From: Octopus vulgaris
Taxonomy: Eukaryota
Assembly (NCBI GenBank): GCA_951406725.2
Contig: OX597826.1
Coordinates: 73,966,001-74,030,000, forward strand
Length of the DNA: 64,000 bases
Direction: 5' to 3'
Program-made: the position numbers and the translations under genes
Part shown: positions 13,701-23,900 of the stretch, piece after piece
Numbering within the stretch: the stretch's first letter is position 1
Layout: each line of letters opens with the position of its first letter
Notes under the pieces: model-generated
Told to the model about the DNA's origin: nothing
The model's input: only the letters and a program-made list of their open reading frames with translations
Databases searched by the model: none

Positions 13701-16700
13701 AGACTGGCTTCCCAGACCCCAGTTGAACCGTCCAACCCATGCCAGCATGGAAAGCGGACGTTAAACGATGATGATGATGATGTTGCAAATTCAAGTCAAG
13801 CAATGGGAAAGGAATCTGACTCAATGAATTCAGTGCAACTGATGCAAGCATAAGGAAGAGGACATTACAAATGATGATGAGGAAGATTCCAATGATAATG
13901 ATGTCCTACTTTCAGTGTCCACAAAAACTGTTTATTAATTTTTAAATGATCTGACGAAGCATATTTTAATAACTTTAAATTAGCAACATTTCATACTAGA
14001 AATGCATGACAATGAAATGGCTGTTATTTCTAAATTTTCTCTCTTTCCAAGTGGTATAACTGCTGTGGCATTGGCAGACATCTGTGATATGTTGGATCAG
14101 GGTGAGATTTCCAGAGGAACCGCAAAAGAGGTAAGGTCACTTCCATTCCTAGTGAGGCATTCAGTTCCAGACTTACTTTTATTTGAATTTTTTTTCTCAC
14201 TCATCATCATCATCATCACTGTAAGAATATTGCAAGTCGTGCCGGTGGCACATAAAAAGCACCATCCAAACGTGGCCGATGCCAGCACCGCCTTGACTGG
14301 CTTCCGTGCCGGTGGCACGTTAAAAGCAGCAACCGATCGTGGCCGATGCCAGACTCCCCTGGCTTCCCAGACCCCGGTCAAACCGTCCAACCCGTGCTAG
14401 CGCGGAAAACGGACGTTAAACAATGATGATGAATAATTGTAGGGATTTTTAGGGTTAAGCACTGTCAAGACCAGTGGTCTATTCACAACTAGGGTTCACA
14501 TGACCCTTGGGGAACCACAATAGTATTTTAAGGGTCCATGGGAAAATGTTGCTTTGGATGCATTTATTTAAAAAAACAGTGAAGTTTCTTTCTCTAATGT
14601 TTGACTTACACAAAGTTGATCTGTGAAAAACAAAATAGGGATTTTGAAAGAAGCATCTATAAAACCAATTTTTAAGCATTGAACGGAATGGTAACCAAAA
14701 AAAAAATGGTTGAGAACCCTTGGTCTAGACTGTTCCTTTAATGTGTGGGGAGGTGCTGTTGAAGGAGAGTAGGGGCCTGTTCACTTATCTTAGCTGCACA
14801 TAGATGACAGAACAAACGAAAGGGTGGTGTTATTTTTGTTTAACTCCAGGTAGGCTTTGCACTAAAAGACAGTGGATTCAGTCTTTTATGCCAGCAGGGA
14901 AGGCAGACGTTTAGTGATGACAATGATGATGATATAACTGGAATTTTGTACCTTTTGTTTTTTCTATCCAAATATGCTGGCACAATAGAAATGATCATTG
15001 GTGATGTGTAGTGTAATCATCAAATAGAGATGTGATTTTTCTCCATTCTTGTTTTATACTCTGGATTTTGTGAAATTCTTCAAACTGATATTTGGATTTA
15101 CTTATCGTACGATGTTAATTCTATTCGATTTTATTGGCATCTGGTTGTTTGATGTAGTTGGATTTATTAATTCCTTTTATTTTTGTTACACACACACACA
15201 CACATAGACATATAAGATGCAGGAGTGGCTGTGTGGTAAGTAGCTAGCTTCCTAGTCACATGATTCCGGGTTCAGTCCCACTGCGTGGCACCTTGGGCAA
15301 ATTTCTTCTACTATAGCCTGGGGCCGACCAAAGCCTTGTGAGTGGATTTGGTAGACAGAAACTGAAAGAAGCCCGTCGTACATATGTATATATATGTATG
15401 TGTGTTTGTGTTTGTCTCCCTAGCATTGTTTGACAACCGATGCTGGTGTGTTTATGTCACTGTCACTTAGCGGTTCGGCAAAAGGGACCGATAGAATAAG
15501 TACTAGGCTTACAAAGAATAAGTCCCGGGGTCAATTTGCTCGACTAAAGGCGGTGCTCCAGCATGGCCGCAGTCAAATGAGTAAAGAGTATATATATATT
15601 CAATCATGGCCGTTTGCCAGCCTCGTCTGGCACCTGTGCAGGTGGCACATAAAAAGCACCCACTACACTCACGGAGTGGTTGGCGTTAGGAAGGGTATCC
15701 AGCTGTAGAAACACTGCCAGATCAGATTGGGCCTGGCGCAGCCTCCTGGTTTCCCAGCCCCGGTTGAACCGTCCAACCCGTGCTAGCATGGAAAATGGAC
15801 GTTAAACGATGATGATGATATATATATATATATATCTTGGATGGAATTGATCAATGTGCTTCTCTTTTATTTTTTAGACTGTAAAATACAATTGAGGATG
15901 ATTTAATTATTCCTAGATCAAGATAGAGGCTCACAAAAGGTGGTGTTATTCTATGTGGGAATGAGCATTGTTAGCAGTAACAGCAGCAAACTCAAAAAAA
16001 AAAAGTGTATAGGAAACATAACTGAATGATGAGGGATCGAAAAATCTTGCCAGTGCAGCAACTTGACAGGAAATTTCCATTCCAAAAGATGTGAGCCAAT
16101 AGATGAAACATGGGTAAAATATTCAGAAGAGTCTTGTGATACAGTTGAAAACTGTGCTAATGCCAAGGACCACAATTTTATGGTCTGAAATTCAGTGTCA
16201 ATACGAGTGAAGAAACTGATTTTAGAATGGTAAAAATCGAGAGTCTGAAGAAATAACGGTCTGAGTCAGCAAAGATTAATCCAAAGCGCCAATGGTCCAG
16301 TAACCTTGTCTGTCATGAATAATGAAAGAATGCAGCCTTTCAAAGATTTGCTATTTCTTCCACTTAATATACAGAAGTGTTAAGGTGACAAGCTGCCAGA
16401 ATTGTTGGTATGCTGGGCGAAATGCTTAACAGTATTTCATCTGCCGTTACGTTCGGAGTTCAAATTCCACCAAAGAATGGAATCCAACCAATAGTGTCCT
16501 ATAATCTTGTGAAGCATCCTGGTATCAAGGGCTTTGAGCAGTGTCTGAGTCTCATAACTATAGAGTAGGACAGAGACCTAAAGACTGGAACCTTTGCCCC
16601 CCTATATAGATATTGGCAGCACCAAACATCCTTGTCCAATGAGCCTATAACTACACCTCAGCAATTAAAGAAAATTCATATAACGAGCTAAACAGCTTAC

Positions 16701-17225
16701 AATATAACTCTTTAATACTCCAGTTATTTACATAATACCACATTACCTTTTTTTGAAGGAAAAGAAAGGGACATTTAAAATTCTATTGCCCCTTTTATAT
16801 TACAGGTATTGCTTTTACTGTTTGAAGATCCTTCGCAAACTCCCAGTTCTATAGTACAATCCAGAAATTGGAACCAAATACAGAATGTTGAATATTTAGA
16901 AAAAACCTGCTCAGAAGTAATAGAAAACAACGCCAAGGCTGTAAGTGAATTTATTTTCATCCTCTGAGTCAAAATTGTAAAAGCAGATTACTGTGTATTC
17001 GTGTGTGCAATACTGGCCGTAACAATATTCTGTGAATATTAAAATAAAATGTATTTGTATTTCTGGTTATCTAAAAATGGTACGATTTATTTCTTGCAGG
17101 TCAAAAAATATAAGAAAGGGAAAACGAAAGCAATCAATTCCCTTATAGGTGAAGTCATCAAGAAGACAGGGCAACGAGCTGACCCCATTTTGGTCAATAA
17201 TATTCTCAAGAAACTACTGGAGTAA
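676..17225 (+). CDS. GATB: Glutamyl-tRNA(Gln) amidotransferase subunit B, mitochondrial (12 coding exons, ~529 aa)
   Basis: Exons 676-761, 2228-2381, 4116-4229, 4999-5197, 6212-6334, 6430-6543, 9047-9131, 10267-10498, 11557-11699, 14052-14130, 16806-16940, 17100-17225 splice in frame (1590 nt). GatB motifs: [94 protein letters not shown], and a C-terminal YqeY-like [14 protein letters not shown]. Confidence 0.96.
1116..1377 (+). mobile_element. Hammerhead-bearing repeat (Penelope-like / retrozyme relic)
   Basis: Flanked by direct repeat aactgcgaa (1116-1124, 1369-1377); carries the HHR core and a ~12-bp hairpin tgttcgcatttc/gagatgcgaaca. Confidence 0.45.
1252..1293 (+). ncRNA. Degenerate minimal (Penelope-type) hammerhead ribozyme motif
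   Basis: acac-CTGATGA-a-ggctg(loop)cagcc-GAAA-c-gtgt: catalytic core, 5-6 bp stem II and 4-bp stem I present; the U16.1/H17 cleavage nucleotides are missing. Confidence 0.6.
1726..2010 (+). mobile_element. hAT/Charlie-like MITE (degenerate)
   Basis: Starts taggggttctcaa; internal sequence homologous to 55373-55589. Confidence 0.55.
2228..2381 (+). CDS. GATB: GATB exon 2
   Basis: [16 protein letters not shown]...DAALPGTLP; tag| acceptor and |gtaagt donor. Confidence 0.95.
2500..2823 (+). mobile_element. RTE ORF2 fragment interrupted by a (CAA)n-tailed retro-insertion at 2576-2784
   Basis: [12 protein letters not shown] resumes as [13 protein letters not shown]; 16-bp TSD aacagcaagagtgaga at 2560-2575 and 2785-2800. 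Confidence 0.75.
3225..3350 (+). mobile_element. RTE-type LINE 3' end with (GAT)n tail (homolog at 31390-31495)
   Basis: Shared gatggtgtgagg..gttgctatggcattgaggtagatccggcca block. Confidence 0.6.
3596..3885 (+). mobile_element. tRNA(Arg-like)-derived SINE
   Basis: A box tggcctagtgg, B box ggttcgaatc; related copies at 7750-7900 (-) and 23430-23790 (+). Confidence 0.8.
4116..4229 (+). CDS. GATB: GATB exon 3
   Basis: [10 protein letters not shown]...[12 protein letters not shown]; cag| and |gtaagt. Confidence 0.95.
4410..4855 (+). mobile_element. CORE-like SINE with internal (TA/TG)n and (TAAAAGAG)n tail
   Basis: ggagtggctgtgtggtaag head with B-box gggttcagtccc and MIR-core-like ccttRggcaagt. 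Copies at 61-185, 5517-5675, 7365-7750, 7980-8320, 10805-11105, 31960-32130, 35090-35310, 46250-46620, 51890-52030, 62555-62907. Confidence 0.8.
4999..5197 (+). CDS. GATB: GATB exon 4
   Basis: AGYQITQ...[11 protein letters not shown]...IDLNRA; cag| and |gtaagg. Confidence 0.95.
6212..6334 (+). CDS. GATB: GATB exon 5
   Basis: [13 protein letters not shown]...LGTCNGKMS; cag| and |gtacga. Confidence 0.95.
6430..6543 (+). CDS. GATB: GATB exon 6
   Basis: [13 protein letters not shown]...[17 protein letters not shown]; tag| and |gtaaag. Confidence 0.95.
8401..8797 (-). mobile_element. Full-length CORE-like SINE nested in a TTAA MITE
   Basis: TSD ctaattta on both sides; host MITE 8354-9000 resumes after it. 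Confidence 0.85.
9047..9131 (+). CDS. GATB: GATB exon 7
   Basis: DYEIERQ...[11 protein letters not shown]; aag| and |gtgagt. Confidence 0.93.
9185..9900 (+). mobile_element. Decayed RTE-clade LINE reverse transcriptase fragment, split by a younger insertion at 9468-9780
   Basis: [43 protein letters not shown], then LYAEDF (YADD box) and [16 protein letters not shown]. Confidence 0.8.
9468..9780 (+). mobile_element. RTE-LINE 3' end (young)
   Basis: ggagtggttggcgttaggaagggcatccagctgtagaaac...ccgtccaacccatgctagcatggaaa...(gat)n. Confidence 0.85.
10267..10498 (+). CDS. GATB: GATB exon 8
   Basis: [24 protein letters not shown]...MPELP; cag| and |gtgagc. Confidence 0.95.
11155..11465 (-). mobile_element. 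RTE-LINE 3' end (young)
   Basis: Reverse-complement copy of the same family. Confidence 0.85.
11557..11699 (+). CDS. GATB: GATB exon 9
   Basis: [11 protein letters not shown]...[14 protein letters not shown]; tag| and |gttggt; phases match neighbours. Confidence 0.9.
12302..12940 (-). mobile_element. RTE-LINE 3' end, (GAT)n tail, with ~5 tandem ~65-bp UTR modules
   Basis: ORF end VLEKTRQAK*-like at ~12915-12940 followed by repeated gtgcc(g/a)gtggcacgtaaaaagcacc modules and the conserved tail. Confidence 0.8.
13340..13782 (+). mobile_element. RTE-LINE 3' end. Further copies at ~3975-4070, 5220-5515, 11745-12130, 14236-14432, 15605-15820, 17300-17680, 37020-37430, 43400-43635, 44570-44840, 51135-51300, 57285-57440, 58145-58425, 60140-60325, 62010-62165
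   Basis: Same conserved tail and tandem modules. Confidence 0.8.
14052..14130 (+). CDS. GATB: GATB exon 10
   Basis: [26 protein letters not shown]; aag| and |gtaagg. Confidence 0.92.
14472..14722. mobile_element. hAT/Charlie-like MITE
   Basis: cagtggt... / ...gttgagaacccttg termini; 8-bp TSD gtcaagac/gtctagac. Confidence 0.75.
15217..15590 (+). mobile_element. CORE-like SINE
   Basis: Near-identical to 4410-4855 and 8401-8797. Confidence 0.85.
16806..16940 (+). CDS. GATB: GATB exon 11
   Basis: [27 protein letters not shown]...VIENNAKA; cag| and |gtaagt. Confidence 0.92.
17100..17225 (+). CDS. GATB: GATB exon 12 (terminal)
   Basis: [41 protein letters not shown]; TAA at 17223-17225. Confidence 0.95.
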   Translation, partial: VKKYKKGKTKAINSLIGEVIKKTGQRADPILVNNILKKLLE

Positions 17226-17264
17226 TTTAGAAGTTTCAAATGTGGTTTTTTATTTTATTATCTA

Positions 17265-17300
17265 ATTAAACATTGATTTTTAATTATGTAGTTGTGTTGT
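17265..17300 (+). terminator. Proximal GATB polyadenylation signal
   Basis: ATTAAA 17265-17270, 40 nt after the stop codon, followed by a GT-rich downstream element gttgtgttgt at 17291-17300. Confidence 0.55.
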
Positions 17301-18224
17301 CATTATCATCATCATCTTTTAACGTCCGCTTTCCATGCTGGCATGGGTTGGACGGTTTGACTGAGAGCCAGCGAGCCAGGAGGCTGCACCAGTCTCCACT
17401 CTGATCTGGCAAAATTTCTACAGCTAGATGCCCTTCCTAATGCCAACCACTCTGGGAGTGTAGTGGGTGCTTTTACATGCCACTGGCACGAGGGCTAGTC
17501 AGGTGGTACTGACATCGGCCACGTTCAAATGGTGCTTTTTATGTGCCACCTGCACGGGAGCCAATCTGGTGGCACTGGCAAAAACCTCCTCGAATGGTGC
17601 CTTTTATGTGCCACTGGCACGGGAGCCAGTCAAACCTTGGCAATGATCATGCCAGCATGGAAAATTGACATTAAAGGATGATATTTGTGTGAGGTGGTGT
17701 TCCCCTTGTCTTAATATCGTATAACTGTTGTAAACCAGTATCATTCTCATACAAGCAGTGTTCTTGGCTTCCAAGCTTCTGTGAAAATGTCCAAAAACAT
17801 CCCTTAATTGGAAACAGGTGAGAGTTGGCAACATGAAAGACACCTGACCATAAAAAATTTGCCTCGACAAATTCCATCCAAGCATGGAAAAGCAGGTGTT
17901 AATTGATGATTATGATTGATCACCAACGTGTTCAGTCAATTGGACACATTGAGAGCTTTCACAGTTCACTGCTGAATGTAAACCTTTGTATGAGACAAAT
18001 TTGGAAGGAAAAAAAAAAAAAAATGAAGTTGTTTTCTATATTTTCCAACTTACCTTTTGATGTGTAAAGAGATGTAGCAAGCAAGAAAATTTGAAGATTA
18101 TTGTCTCACAAACATATATACTTTTTTTCTTTTTAAATCTGTCACCTCATTCAGTGTTAAAATTCCAAACAAAACCAGTTATGAGATCATTCTAGACAAG
18201 TTAATAATAAAAATGAAGTAACTG

Positions 18225-19817
18225 CATACTTAGAAATGTGTTTTTATTTCAATATCTAAGTGTTGATCAATACAAAACAGAAATGATGGCGAGGAGGATG
18301 AAGAAAACTTATTTGAAAAACAAGAATTACTGACAATTATAAATGAACAAGGACAAGAAAATGATTTAACAAGAGGCTATTCGTCAGAAACTGCATGAGT
18401 TGAGCATCAGAGAAAGCTAAAGGATTTTTATTTTCAATTTTAAATTCTAGTCATTTAGTGAAGAAATCAAATGAAAACTGAAATAAGAATTTAAAAACAT
18501 TTTTGCTCACAGTCCTCACAGTAAGGCTGTATTTCAAGTGGAATTTGTATTTAATTTCAAACTTCAAATATTTAATTTAAAATGGTGGTAATGAAATAAG
18601 CTGAAATCAATCAGACCATTGTTTAATCATTTAGCTCACATACATACATAAACTTATTTCTAAGAGCATGTAATTACTTTCATGAATTTTAATTTACAAG
18701 TAAAATATTCAATATTCTCTAAAATTAACGAAACTCCTAATCATCATTAGAAATCTTCATTAGAAATGATTCTGGAAAAGACTAAAATATTTACCCAGTT
18801 TTACTCGAAGTAAAACGACGATTATGAAAAATGATTTTGCTTTTCTGTTACAATTAATTACTTACAGGTCTCTAATTTAAATCCAATGATATAAATCATT
18901 AAACTAGTCACATAAACTAGTCAATGTTTTAAAATTATAATTAACTAAGAGTATTGCAACCACAATATTTTTGTTTTAAAACTGAGACTTATTTAAAGAA
19001 AGAATTCCATAAACATCATTATTAGTCATAATTCATGAAAGGTAACGAGATAGTCTACTAAATTAGCAGCTGGTAAAGATATTTTACTCTCTGGAATGTA
19101 AAATCAACTAAATGCCAGATATTGGATGTAGTTCTTCAGTCTTTAATAAGCTCCCATGCTGCAAGTTGGTAAGAAATATATAACAGATCAGTTAATTAGC
19201 CTTGAAGATGGTATAATGGTGGGAGTTAAAAAGTTCAAATAATCTTTTTATTGAAATCCTTTCACTATAAAGAAAATGGGAAGAAAGTTTTCTCAATGGT
19301 AGTAGTGCTCCAGCATGGCCACAGCCTTATGAGCCGGAACACATAAAGGAATAAATGTAAATTAAATGAAACAAGGTGGAAAGATCACAAAAAAAAAAAA
19401 AAAAAAAAAGTGGTACAGAAGAGAAAAGAGCAACTAATAAATAAGTTGAAAGGTATAATTTCAAACTCAGACTCATTATCTAAATTTAATTTATTCAATA
19501 AAAAATATTCTTATATAGAAATGTGAGAAAATGTAATCTAAGTTGGGATTAAACTGCAATAATTTTGTTTTCTTGTATTGTGAGAAAACATTCTAATTAA
19601 CCACAAGGTCAGCAGACAAGGTTGTGGGTACTTTTCAGTAGCTTCATTAAATGGAAAGGAATTTGGAGAGAAGAAAGGGTGATAAATTTATGACAATAAT
19701 GATGAGGGGATCCCAAAAAGAAAAAAAAAGAAAAAGAAAAGAGGGGAAGGCATCCTTCATGAGTGGAATATTATTGCTAATTATTTATTTATAAAGTACA
19801 CAAAAAAATTTGGTTTT

Positions 19818-19851
<34 letters not shown>

Positions 19852-20932
19852 CATGTGTTTGTGAGACAGCATATGTGTGATTATACATATGCAACACAGG
19901 CAAAAAAAAAATAACCCTAACACAATTAATGCGTTTAAAACTCATTAATCGAAAAGAAAGAAAATGGTGAGGGGGGTGGGGGGTGGCATGTAAATGAGTC
20001 TACATTCTCTTTGTCTCTCATACAGTTTCATTGTATTCAGAAGTGTGAATGATAAAAAAATACTGCAAAATGTCTGATGGCAAATGTGTAGAACACACAA
20101 CAAACTGGCCAACACTGCTTTTGTTTTGTTTTTTTTTATATTATTATGATCTTTATTTGTTTGGTTTGTTTGTTTGTTTTTAACAACTTTTCCAGGAATG
20201 AGATTGAGAAATGAAGTTCTGAAACAATACTTAACTACACACATGTAGACACAGAAATACATGTTAGCCAAGTGAAAATATTTTCTTCTCTTCAAATTTG
20301 TTTTTTTTTTTTTTTTTTTTTTTGTTTTGTAATTATCTCTCCCTCCCCATCACCAACTCAAATTAACCTTCCTAAGTATTTTATTATTATTATTATTTTT
20401 TTTTATTTTTTTTACAATTTTTAAGAAATTGTAATTTTTATTTAACAGTTGGTGTGATCTGTTTATATTCATGCTCTGGTTTTAGTTAACTTTTAGGGAT
20501 CACGCTTATCTGTACAAACCTATACAATAGAATCCCTTAAAAATGTAAAAGCCAGTTATACCACCAACATAAAACTCACACTAAAATTGTGATTGTATTA
20601 TTCTTAACACAATTTCTGACCAATTTCTTCTCTATCATTGCAATGCAAAGATGATTTAGTTGCTTTTACTGTACAGATGGGAAAATTCCTAACAGAAACT
20701 GTCATAAGAAAGAAAGAAAATAGCATATCGTGTGATATGTTTTCCTGTTTTGATCCCATTTCAGAATGAAAGCTTTCCTTCAAGAGCTGAGCTCAAAGAT
20801 TTCTGCATTAGAGCAATGACTGAAATACTAAACATCAGATTTTCATGAGCTACTAACATTCTGTTTTTTATACAATTGTATCAAGTTATGGATTGAGTTC
20901 TGGCCTTCTTGTACAGCTTTTAAATGATGTAA
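18225..20932 (-). other. PDS5: Putative PDS5 3' UTR (~2.7 kb)
   Basis: Almost TE-free tract after the stop codon; minus-strand AATAAA at 20437-20442 and 18243-18248. Confidence 0.6.
18860..20920 (-). repeat. Large imperfect inverted repeat / fold-back in PDS5 3' UTR
   Basis: Nested blocks 19098-19113 vs 20654-20669 (15/16), 19660-19676 vs 20282-20298 (16/17), 19534-19546 vs 20353-20365 (11/13), 19852-19877 vs 20238-20263 (19/26). Confidence 0.7.
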
Positions 20933-20965
20933 TCACTTCTTTCTGGGTCGAGTTCGCCGTCGAAC
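20933..20965 (-). CDS. PDS5: PDS5 exon 32 (terminal coding part)
   Basis: Strong acceptor ttttatattttacag|GTT CGA CGG CGA ACT CGA CCC AGA AAG AAG TGA = [10 protein letters not shown], phase 0. Confidence 0.85.
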   Translation of the reverse strand, partial: VRRRTRPRKK

Positions 20966-23900
20966 CTGTAAAATATAAAACAAACAGAAAACTTAGGTGA
21001 TAACAAAGGAGATGCAGAGAGAGAGAAAAAAATTATGTATAAGAAATTAATGAAAAAAAGGATACAAAAAAAAAAAGCTATAATTTTTTTGGATCTTTTA
21101 TTAAACATTGATCAATTGGTGGATTGCAACTAACTCATTCTTTAAATGCTTTTATATGCCCTTCTCTCCATATAAATTACCCTTTTATAACAGTTTATAA
21201 TACTGACCACTCATAACAGCATTTACAGTTGTTACTGATAACAATTAGTTTGCAATTTCTAAACTACACCACAAAAAACAACTTGTTCCAAAGATCAATT
21301 GGAAAGCTTGAATATACTGAGAGAAAAGGGTTCAAAACTTTAGGATAATACAAACATTAAATATTTCTGATATTGGTGAGAATAATGCAGAAGATATTTG
21401 TATGAATAATGGGACATGAGCTTTCAGGAACAACACAAATATTAGACATGTCAGGAGATTTTTTTTTTAATATACTTTTTCTTTATGTATTTATACAAAA
21501 TTACATTTAACATGAAAATAATTATAGCAGAAGATATTTCGAAGATCACTTCAATAGAAAATGTGCTTCAATTGAAGAAGAAAGGAAAGCCTTTCTAAGA
21601 CTGTACGATTGCAAAGGAATAACTCTAGTGCCATCATGATCTATATTGCAAAGCAAATTCCTTGTAACATGTACTTCACTTAACCCTTTAGCATTCCTAT
21701 TACTCTGCCAAAGGTAACGCTTATTTATTCATACTGCTTTGAATTGATGAGGCTTCACCTTGAAACTTAAGAGATTTCCATGATGTAACTGTTTATCTTT
21801 AGAATGACATTGTAAGGTAGGTGTGAAAGGCTGAATGTGACCAGTTTCAACATAAAACAGGTACAATATTCAGGCTGGATACGGCCAGTTTAAGTGCCAA
21901 AGGGGGTTGATTAAACACACTTTCATGAGAATGTTTTGGTGATTTCAGGAGATATTCCCATGTTGCAGATATGTCACAAAACGTCCCAAACACAACTTAT
22001 TCACATGCAGTCCTTCATGGATGCATTGCAAAATAATTATGCAAACAATAATCATGAATTGAATTGAACCTGTTTCAGCTCATGAGCTATGGCCATGCTG
22101 GGGCACCGCCACAAATTGTTTTCAAAAATACACCAAGAATGAATTTTCTCCATTATTTTTCTGTTCTTCCCCAGGAAGTAAATTTTTACTATCCCCATTG
22201 TAACTCATTGTGTTTCATATTACCATTTTTGTATGGAAAGGGGAATGGAAGCTTTGACCCTTTAGCATTCGGATTATTCTGTCAAAAGTAATGTTTGTTT
22301 ATTCACGTTGTTTTGAATTTTACCATGCATTACCCCCATAACTAGAAGATTTTTATGATGTGGTTATTTATTTTTTAAAGTGACACTGTAAGGTAGGTTG
22401 GCGCAAGAGGCCAGATCCAACCAGTTTAACTCTTTAGCATTTAAACTGGCCATATCCGGCCAAAAGTATTCTACCTGTTTTATGTTCAAACTGGCCAGAT
22501 CTTGTCTCTCACACCAACCCTACAATATCGTTTTAAAAATTAACAGCTACCTCATCAAAATCTCATAGCTACAAGATAAGACATGATTAGTTCAAAACAA
22601 TGTGGATGAAAAAGCATTAATTTTGGCAGAATAATGCGAACACTAAAGGGTTAACACTATTACACATTTACTGACATATCTAAAAACAACAAAACATTTA
22701 CACTGAATTAATATTTATACAGATATTAAAACCGAAGAAATGTTTAAGTGTTTATCCAGATGTTCATCAGTAAATGTCTACAGAATAAAAAAAAAAGAAA
22801 AAAGAAAAGTCATTAGGTTTAACATTTCTTGGTTACATTTATAACAAGCAGATTGTCTCTATGTTTTAATTTTCTTTATACTCAAGATTTTAAGAGTGTT
22901 TTGTAAAATACACATGTTTATTAAGGCTGATCTTGATTAAGTGAAATATCTCAAGATATTGTTCGTGTTTAGAGAGAAGTTTATTCATACGAATACTTTG
23001 GTCCTTGACGAGTTGATACTAAAAAGAGCTAAAAAGTTAACGAGGCAACTCCTGTGATTTGAAAATTGTTACAAAGGAACCTTCAGTATGAAAAGTGTAA
23101 ATATATTTGCTTAGATACTAACATTTGATTGTACCGGACTAGTAATAAATATGACAATTTTACTCACAATTCTAAATTCATCAAAAGACGAGGAAGGAAG
23201 GACACACTGGTTTCTAATTTTGGCACAAGGCCAGCAAGTGCGTGGAGGGGGGGGTAAGGCAATTATTACTGACCCCAGTGTTTAACAGGTACTTATATTA
23301 TTAAGAGAGAGGGGATTTTAAAAACCAAAATAAATCAGTCCACATCAGAAAGACAGTGCTTACCTTTTGGACATTTCAATATCGTTCTTTGCCAAAACAA
23401 ATTCCCAACAAAAGACAATGGATTACTAGCCTCCAGTGGTTAGGGCAGCGAACTCGCGGTCATAGGATCGCGGTTTCGATTCCCAGACCGGGTGTTGTAA
23501 GTGTTTATTGAGCAAAAACACCTAAAGCTCCACAAGGCTACGGCAGGGGATGGTGGTGATCCCTGCTGTACTCTTTCACCACAACTTTCTCTCACTCTTA
23601 CTTCCTGTTTCTGTTGTACCTGTATTTCAAAGGGCCGGCCTTGTCACGCTGAATATCCCCAAGAACTACATGAAGGGTACACGCGTCTATGGAGTGCTCA
23701 GCCACTTACACGTTGATTTCACGAGCAGGCTGTTCCGTTGATTCGGATCAACCGGAACCCTCGTCGTCGTAACCGACGGAGTGCTTCCACTTCCACATAG
23801 ATATTACGTCACACATGACATAAATGTTTTCAGTTGAACCTGCCTAACTTCTACGAAAGCAGACTTTGAATACACACAAATCCTATACAGAAAGAAAACA

